DNA of 54,078 nucleotides from an archaeon (GTDB taxonomy: Archaea > Nanobdellota > Nanobdellia > Pacearchaeales > GW2011-AR1): NCBI GenBank assembly GCA_043810865.1, contig JBDRNS010000014.1:1-54078 (forward strand), given 5' to 3'. Position 1 is the stretch's first letter. Each line of letters opens with the position of its first letter. The notes below the pieces were generated by a model that had not been told where the DNA came from, did no database searches, and worked only from the letters and a program-made list of their open reading frames with translations. Positions 1-5,261 of this stretch are shown here, in pieces. The translations under genes and the position numbers were made by a program.

Positions 1-2
1 TT

Positions 3-287
3 TTTGAAGATTCATTTGCTTGTGCAGAGCTTTTAACTATGGCTTTGCTAATACAGTTTCGTAAACAATCTACTCTAAAAAACCATAATCAGCGTTTAGA
101 GGGATTAAAATCTTGGGCAGAACTTGGAAATGTTAAAGAAAAGTTTTCAGAGAAATTAAGCAAACTTTGGGGACTAAGAGATTCTGCAAGATATTTATCG
201 AATACAGAATTCAAAAAAGAAAATCCTAAAGAATATTTAGAGGTAATTGAAGAAATGTTTAGTTTTGTTAAAGAAAGTTTTTCTTGA
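3..287 (+). CDS. HEPN-like helical protein, 5' end outside window
   Basis: The frame is open from nt 3 (FEDSFACAELLT precedes the listed Met at 39), so the gene probably starts upstream of the window. All-helical; the LWGLRDSARYLSN segment resembles the conserved Arg helix of HEPN-domain proteins. By-eye assignment only. Confidence 0.35.
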   Translation, partial: FEDSFACAELLTMALLIQFRKQSTLKNHNQRLEGLKSWAELGNVKEKFSEKLSKLWGLRDSARYLSNTEFKKENPKEYLEVIEEMFSFVKESFS

Positions 288-290
288 CAG

Positions 291-379
291 CAACCCCCTT
301 GCCGAGATTCGAACTTGTTGGTGCCAATGCACCGCAGGGGGGTGGTGGGGGATTAGTGCTATGCCCCGCATGGGGGTTG
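291..379 (-). ncRNA. GC-rich tRNA-like structured element (does not fold as a canonical tRNA)
   Basis: Perfect 8-bp terminal stem CAACCCCC/GGGGGTTG. Canonical T-loop GTTCGAATC plus the CTCGG strand shared with the tRNA-Glu genes. Hairpin GGTGC-ATTG-GCACC and a C-rich run. About 62% GC by hand count in an AT-rich genome. Lies 17 nt downstream of tRNA-Glu(UUC) on the same strand. Confidence 0.3.
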
Positions 380-396
380 GCTAAATTATGTGTGAA

Positions 397-469
397 TGCC
401 CCGACCGAGATTCGAACTCGGGTTACATCCGTGAAAGGGATGCGTCCTTGGCCACTAGACTATCGGGGC
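397..469 (-). tRNA. tRNA-Glu (anticodon UUC), no intron
   Basis: Reverse complement folds as GCCCCGA-TA-GTCT-AGTGGCCAA-GGAC-G-CATCC-CTTTCAC-GGATG-TAAC-CCGAG-TTCGAAT-CTCGG-TCGGGGC-A. CCA is not encoded. Confidence 0.9.
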
Positions 470-490
470 TATAATTAAAATAAGAAAATA

Positions 491-500
491 GTTTTTAAAG
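491..500 (-). promoter_or_regulatory. TATA-like box for tRNA-Glu(UUC)
   Basis: Minus-strand CTTTAAAAAC, proximal edge 22 nt upstream of the mature 5' end. All seven tRNAs show the same spacing. Confidence 0.45.
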
Positions 501-524
501 ATTTGTTAGGGTGTTGATTATATG

Positions 525-720
525 CTCACTTCGTTCGCAATTATCTGCCTCAAACCAAACTTCGTTAAGGTTTTCGCTTAAAGAAATAATTAATCGATTA
601 AAACTTTTAGCGAAGAAACCTGATGAAGTTGGTTTCTAAATACATCCATCTGCGAACTAAATCCAAGGTAAATTCCTTTAGGAGTTTAGTATCGGCGAGC
701 GAGACACCAGATTAATAACT
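525..720 (+). repeat. Composite intergenic repeat, copy A (CTCACTTCGTTCGCA family)
   Basis: Shares an exact 15-mer (525-539) and an exact 17-mer ACCAAACTTCGTTAAGG (554-570) with copy B at 36523-36571. The two arms 533-585 and 603-656 form a long imperfect inverted repeat. Hairpin CTAAATCC-AAGG-TAAATT-CCTT-TA-GGAGTTTAG at about 656-691. Inverted CG motif GGCGAGCGAGACACC at 694-708. Confidence 0.55.
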
Positions 721-729
721 TTTAAATAT
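720..729 (+). promoter_or_regulatory. TATA-like box for tRNA-Ile
   Basis: TTTTAAATAT ends 22-23 nt upstream of the tRNA 5' end at 752. Confidence 0.45.
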
Positions 730-751
730 CTTCAAATTTCTAATGATATGT

Positions 752-923
752 GAGCCTGTAGCTCAGCCGGGTTAGAGCACTGCTCTTATAGGAGTGCAAT
801 TCATAGGGATTGTATTTCTCTTTGATGCGAAGCCCAGTCATGGTTGCTGGATTCGTGAAAACCCGCTGGAGGTTTTTACTCTAAGAGAGGCAGGGGTCCG
901 AGGTTCAAATCCTCGCAGGCTCA
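752..923 (+). tRNA. tRNA-Ile (anticodon UAU) with 97-nt intron (791-887) at 37/38
   Basis: GAGCCTG-TA-GCTC-AGCCGGGTTA-GAGC-A-CTGCT-CTTATA^intron^A-GGCAG-GGGTC-CGAGG-TTCAAAT-CCTCG-CAGGCTC-A. Textbook BHB: central helix CTTA/TAAG, 3-nt bulges TA^G and AG^A, inner helix GAGT/ACTC. Confidence 0.85.
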
Positions 924-928
924 TTTTT
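924..928 (+). terminator. Oligo-T run after tRNA-Ile
   Basis: TTTTT immediately follows discriminator A923, and more T-runs follow. Archaeal terminators are oligo-T tracts. Confidence 0.4.
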
Positions 929-983
929 CTTTGATTTTTCTGCTTACTTTTTGATAAATCCCCTCTGCCCTGAAATTGCCTCT

Positions 984-1010
984 CTCACTTCGCTCGTTCG
1001 AAATTAATAA
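984..1010 (+). repeat. Intergenic CG-motif repeat (CTCACTTCGCTCGTTCGAAATTAATAA)
   Basis: Variant of the CTCACTTCGTTCGCAGATTAATAA-type motif seen at 525, 2093, 33106(rc), 36523 and 50503. Confidence 0.5.
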
Positions 1011-1193
1011 ATTGAAATTTTAATGGAAAGATTTTTTAGCAGTGAAGTAGTGGTGCAGAAAACCAATTAAAAATGTTTTACTATATGAAATTGAAATATC
1101 CCTAAAAGTTTTAATGTATAGGTTCTTTTATTAGTTATTGATTTAATGGGGTTGTATGGATGTAGCGGACAATTTAAAGATAAATTTATCAAT

Positions 1194-1209
1194 AACGAGC
1201 GGAGCGAGG
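1194..1209 (-). repeat. Intergenic CG-motif repeat, inverted (AACGAGCGGAGCGAGG)
   Basis: The reverse complement CCTCGCTCCGCTCGTT fits the CTCRCTYCGYTCG pattern of the family. Confidence 0.35.
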
Positions 1210-1277
1210 CAAAATCTTAAATTAATTTTTAGCAACAAAAAACAAACTTTTTTAAACAAAAGTTTCTTTAACAAAAC

Positions 1278-2081
1278 ATGAAAAAGATACTTTCAGTTTT
1301 GTTTTTGTGCTTCATAATTCTGGGATATGCAGTAATGCCTTTGGCTATTGCAAAAAATGACAATTCAGATAAAAACCAAAATCGCATAACTGCTTCTGCG
1401 GCAAATGATTTTGAAAACCTGGCTGATGAACTGGATGATAACGCATCTGATGATTCGGAGGATTTAGAAGATGAAGAAAATGAAAGCGATGAAGATGATT
1501 TAGAAGAGGAATCAGACAACAGTGGAAGGGGTAACAGGGAAGAAAAAAGAACGGAAAGCAGATTTATTGATAGTGAAGGAAATGAAGTTAGAATAAAAGA
1601 GAAAATAAAATTCCGTGACGGTGAATATGAAATTGAAACAGAAGTTGAAATTGAGGGAGAAGGCGACAACATAAATGCTGTTGATTCCCGAGGAGAGAGG
1701 CACAAAATTAGAGTTACACCTGAAAGAATAAAGGCAACAATCAGGGAGAGATTCAAGAATGCAAATGTTTCTGATGTAAGATTGGAAGAAGTTGAAAGAA
1801 ATAATATTCCTGCAGTTGTTTACAAAGTTAATTCAGAACATCCAGGAAAGTTCTTGGGAATTTTTAAGATGGTTGTAAAAGCCGAGACAGATGTTGATCC
1901 TGAGACGGGCGAAATTGTTGATGTAAATGTTCCGTGGTGGGCTGTTTTAGTCAGCGGATTGATTGATGAAGTTGAAGAAGGTAATGAGACAGACGGAAGT
2001 GGTGTGGAAAACGAAACACCTGTTCCGGGAGAAGAGGTTAATGAGACAGAGGTAGTTGAAGAAGAGAATGTTTCTGGTTGA
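1278..2081 (+). CDS. Secreted acidic protein (signal peptide, D/E-rich N- and C-terminal regions)
   Basis: N-terminal Sec-type signal MKKILSVLFLCFIILGYAVMPLAIA. Long D/E-rich tracts around a small globular core. No recognisable catalytic motif. Confidence 0.65.
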   Translation: MKKILSVLFLCFIILGYAVMPLAIAKNDNSDKNQNRITASAANDFENLADELDDNASDDSEDLEDEENESDEDDLEEESDNSGRGNREEKRTESRFIDSEGNEVRIKEKIKFRDGEYEIETEVEIEGEGDNINAVDSRGERHKIRVTPERIKATIRERFKNANVSDVRLEEVERNNIPAVVYKVNSEHPGKFLGIFKMVVKAETDVDPETGEIVDVNVPWWAVLVSGLIDEVEEGNETDGSGVENETPVPGEEVNETEVVEEENVSG

Positions 2082-2092
2082 TACCAATTTAC

Positions 2093-2118
2093 CTACTCGT
2101 AAACTCGCAGATTAATAA
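2093..2118 (+). repeat. Intergenic CG-motif repeat (CTACTCGTAAACTCGCAGATTAATAA)
   Basis: Starts 11 nt after the stop of the 1278-2081 gene. Closely matches 25501-25530(rc) CTCACTCGTAAACTCGTTCGCC and 50503 CTCACTCGCAAACTCGCTCGAA. Confidence 0.5.
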
Positions 2119-2185
2119 AAAAGAATTTTAAAGAGAAACAATTAAAGATTCTGGGAAGAGTTTATTATTAACATCTTTAGAAAAA

Positions 2186-2204
2186 TCCGAGCGCAGCGAG
2201 ACAC
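2186..2204 (-). repeat. Intergenic CG-motif repeat, inverted (TCCGAGCGCAGCGAGACAC)
   Basis: Resembles 691-708 (ATCGGCGAGCGAGACACC) and 36620-36630 (TCCGAGCGAGA). Confidence 0.4.
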
Positions 2205-2227
2205 ATTTTAAGACAAATTATTTTTAT

Positions 2228-2728
2228 TCACTTCTTCCTGAAAACATTCATCATGTCAAGAATTGATTTCTTTTCGAATTCTGTTATTTTATTTTCAGGC
2301 AATTTTATTTTTACTTTTATCATGCCCAGCATTGAAACAAAAACAGTGCCGAGGAGAAAAGTTTTTCTGTTTGAATTCTGAAGAGAAAGAATTATTTTTT
2401 GGACTTTGTCTTTCAGGTTTTCTTTCTGCATTTTTTCCAGAATAAGATTTTCAATTTCGTTAAAATCAAAATTCATTTCTTCTGAAATTTCTCCGGGCAT
2501 TTTTTTACTTAACGACTGTGCAGGCATTCTTGTTATTTTCCCGTCAATCTTAAAAACAGCCAGCTCATTTTTTTCTTGTGTGAAGAAATCAAGATGAACT
2601 TCATTCGCATTTTTTTCCCTGTCCAGGATAAAAAAACCAGAGCAGAAAAATGCCTTTGGGTTTTCCTTTTTGAATTTCCTGAACTCCTCTGAAGAATGAA
2701 GCTTCTCAAGGTAGAATTGAAGATTCAT
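2228..2728 (-). CDS. Hypothetical protein, translationally coupled to thrS
   Basis: Its ATG overlaps the thrS stop (ATGA at 2725-2728). No recognisable motif. Confidence 0.6.
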   Translation of the reverse strand: MNLQFYLEKLHSSEEFRKFKKENPKAFFCSGFFILDREKNANEVHLDFFTQEKNELAVFKIDGKITRMPAQSLSKKMPGEISEEMNFDFNEIENLILEKMQKENLKDKVQKIILSLQNSNRKTFLLGTVFVSMLGMIKVKIKLPENKITEFEKKSILDMMNVFRKK

Positions 2729-4044
2729 CTTCTCTCTTCAATCTCTTTTTTGATTTTTTGTGCAAAAATCTCTGGTTTGACATTGAATTCAACTTTTCCG
2801 TCTCTTGTTCTTACTGCAAGAGTTTTTGATTTCTCCTCTTTTTCACCGAGTGTTACCATGTAAGGGACTTTTTCAACTTGAGCATCATGAACTTTTTTTT
2901 GCACGGGAACGTCGCGCTCATCAATTTCAACTCTTATCATTTTTTTCAAAAGTTCATCGTGCAATTTTTCTACAGATGCAACATTTTTGCTTGTCATTGA
3001 TAAAACCTTTACCTGAATTGGAGAGAGCCATGTTTTTAGATTCCCTTGTGTTAATTCAAGAATGTGTGCCATTGTTCTCTCAGTTGTTCCTGTTGATGAA
3101 CGATGAATCACCATAACTTTTTCCTCTTTTCCTTTTTCATTCTTGTAACTGAGATTGAACTTTTCAGGAGAAACAAAATCAATTTGGACTGTGAATAAAG
3201 TATCTTCTTTTCCATAAACATCTTTATACTGCAAATCCAATTTAGGTCCGTAAAAAGCCGCCTCGCCCTTTGCTTCAACATATTTTAATTTAAGTTTGTC
3301 AAGAATTTTTTTCATAAGTTTTTCTGTTGATTCCCATGCTTCGGGGTTGTTAACATATTTCTCCTTGTTTTTTGAATCCCATTTCGAAAACCTGAACCAA
3401 GTATCGTTAACACCAAGTTTTTCCATTGAGAATTTAATCAAGTCAAGAACTTTTGCAAATTCTTCTTCCAATTGCGACGGCGTGCAAAGAATATGTGCAT
3501 CTGCAAGTGTCATTTGCCTTACCCGCGTAAGTCCTCTTAATTCTCCGGATTTCTCGTTCCTGAATAAAGTTGAAATTTCCGCATATTTTAACGGGAGTTC
3601 TTTATAACTTCTTGATTTTCTTTTGAAAAGAACAAAATGGAAAGGGCATGTCATCGGGCGTAGCGCAAAATCTTCTCCATGAATGTTCATAACAAACATG
3701 TCTTCTTTGTAATGCTGCCAATGTCCTGAAATTTTATACAAATCACTTTTTGCCATGAAAGGCGTTGCAGTGTGCAGATATCCTCGCTTAAGTTCTTCAT
3801 CAGTGATAAATCTTTCAATTTCTCTTTTTATCGTCGCTCCTTTCGGTGTAAGAAGAGGCAAACCGCTTCCAACCACATCACTGACAACATACAAATCCAA
3901 ATCGCGCCCAAGTTCAACATTGCTTTTGAGATTATTTTTTCCTTTTGGCGCAGACATTTTTATTTTCGTGAGTTTGTTCTGCAATTGCTTTAAATCAATT
4001 TTTTCCTCTTTAACTTTCTTATATTTCTCAGAAGATTTTTTCAT
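2725..4044 (-). CDS. thrS: Threonyl-tRNA synthetase, catalytic core plus anticodon-binding domain only (no editing domain)
   Basis: Class II motifs (FALRPMTCPFH; FRNEKSGELRGLTRVRQMTLADAHI) and a C-terminal anticodon-binding domain. Only about 45 Lys-rich residues precede the core; total length 439 aa. Confidence 0.85.
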   Translation of the reverse strand: MKKSSEKYKKVKEEKIDLKQLQNKLTKIKMSAPKGKNNLKSNVELGRDLDLYVVSDVVGSGLPLLTPKGATIKREIERFITDEELKRGYLHTATPFMAKSDLYKISGHWQHYKEDMFVMNIHGEDFALRPMTCPFHFVLFKRKSRSYKELPLKYAEISTLFRNEKSGELRGLTRVRQMTLADAHILCTPSQLEEEFAKVLDLIKFSMEKLGVNDTWFRFSKWDSKNKEKYVNNPEAWESTEKLMKKILDKLKLKYVEAKGEAAFYGPKLDLQYKDVYGKEDTLFTVQIDFVSPEKFNLSYKNEKGKEEKVMVIHRSSTGTTERTMAHILELTQGNLKTWLSPIQVKVLSMTSKNVASVEKLHDELLKKMIRVEIDERDVPVQKKVHDAQVEKVPYMVTLGEKEEKSKTLAVRTRDGKVEFNVKPEIFAQKIKKEIEERR

Positions 4045-4074
4045 GACAGAAATAATTGAGAGATGTTTATAAAA

Positions 4075-5181
4075 TTAGTGCTTCACCAAAAACTTTCCAA
4101 CCTGCTTTTCCGCGAGTTTTCTTTTCTTTTGATGCTCTCTCAAAAACGCGTTGATTTTTTCAATGAGAATTTGTTTTAATTCAGATGTAAGAAGTTTTCC
4201 TGACTTGTAATCCTCGTAAATTGCTTCAAGTTTGTTGTCGTCGGGTTCGAATAAAAACTTAAGGTATTGAAATGAGACATCTCTTTCCGGATTGCCGCCG
4301 TGTTTTCTGTGCTCTTCAATTGTGTCTCTCCCTCCTGAAAAAGCATATTTTTTAATTTTCATTTCAACTTCTTTCGGAGTGTCAGAGAGATTTATCTGCA
4401 TGCCTTCTGAAGAGGACATTTTCGCTCCTCCGTAAAGCGACGGAAGAAACTGAGAATGTAATGCTGTCGGCTTTTCAAGATTAAAATCTTTGTGATTTGC
4501 AATATCTCTTGTAAGCCGTATGAAAGGATCCTGGTCAATTGCAACGGGAACAACAGAGATGTGTTTTCCGTGATAAAACTGCGGGAATAAAATGTGCGCC
4601 GCCTGCATTGCCGGATAAAAACTCCAGCCAATATTATTCTCCGGCTTCAGCCCGAAACTTGCCTTTGCCGTCGAATATGTGATTTTTTTTGCAATTTTTG
4701 CTGCATATTTGTAGATATCTGTGTAAACAAAATCCTGAAAAATAAATGTCTTCCCTGGCTTGAATCCAAGTGCAATCAAGTCAAGAATATTATCTTTTCC
4801 GAATTTTACTGCCTCATCAAAACTTAATTTCTCCTTGACATAAAATTTTTCGTCGTCAGAAACAGGAATAAAAACTTCGCAGTTAAAATTTTCCTGAAGC
4901 GACTTTGCAACAAGAAATGGAATTAAATGCCCGATATGCATCTTCTCGCTCGGCCCTCTTCCCGTAATGACAGAAACTTTTTTTCCTTTGCTGTGCGCAT
5001 CAAGCCACTTGTCAAAATCCCTGTGTGAAAAGTACAAGCCCCTGCGAATTAAAGGATGGGTTTTTCCAAGTTTTTTCTTTATGCTGTCTGAAATCGGCGT
5101 CGTTCCAAACTCCTTAATCAATTTCCCGTAATCAACCTCTCCTGAGACCTCCCACGGCGTAACTTTTCCCTCTTTTTTCAT
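4075..5181 (-). CDS. trpS: Tryptophanyl-tRNA synthetase (archaeal/eukaryotic type)
   Basis: VTPWEV...DYGKLIKEFG N-terminus, HIGH-like MHIGH, KMSKS-like KMSSS. Confidence 0.85.
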   Translation of the reverse strand: MKKEGKVTPWEVSGEVDYGKLIKEFGTTPISDSIKKKLGKTHPLIRRGLYFSHRDFDKWLDAHSKGKKVSVITGRGPSEKMHIGHLIPFLVAKSLQENFNCEVFIPVSDDEKFYVKEKLSFDEAVKFGKDNILDLIALGFKPGKTFIFQDFVYTDIYKYAAKIAKKITYSTAKASFGLKPENNIGWSFYPAMQAAHILFPQFYHGKHISVVPVAIDQDPFIRLTRDIANHKDFNLEKPTALHSQFLPSLYGGAKMSSSEGMQINLSDTPKEVEMKIKKYAFSGGRDTIEEHRKHGGNPERDVSFQYLKFLFEPDDNKLEAIYEDYKSGKLLTSELKQILIEKINAFLREHQKKRKLAEKQVGKFLVKH

Positions 5182-5261
5182 CTAAATCTAGAGTGAAAGA
5201 TGTTTTTAAATTTTACACAAACAAGAATAATATTTATAAATAAGTGTTCATATTTTATTTC

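Noticed and set aside
284-478. 64-aa ORF (MTATPLPRFELVGANAPQGGGGG...) on the plus strand
   Set aside because: It lies entirely antisense to tRNA-Glu(UUC) and the GC-rich tRNA-like element. The Gly/Pro-rich translation is a by-product of structured-RNA sequence.
1268-1756. 162-aa Ser/Leu-rich antisense ORF, and 1512-1703
   Set aside because: It is the mirror image of the D/E-rich low-complexity coding region of 1278-2081. It has no independent start context, and the sense gene has a clear signal peptide.
2228-2728. The 166-aa ORF downstream of thrS as the missing ThrRS editing domain
   Set aside because: By eye it shows no similarity to the archaeal DTD-like editing domain or the bacterial N2 domain (no HxxxH/CxxxH-type motifs). 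It is left as hypothetical and flagged for a structure search.
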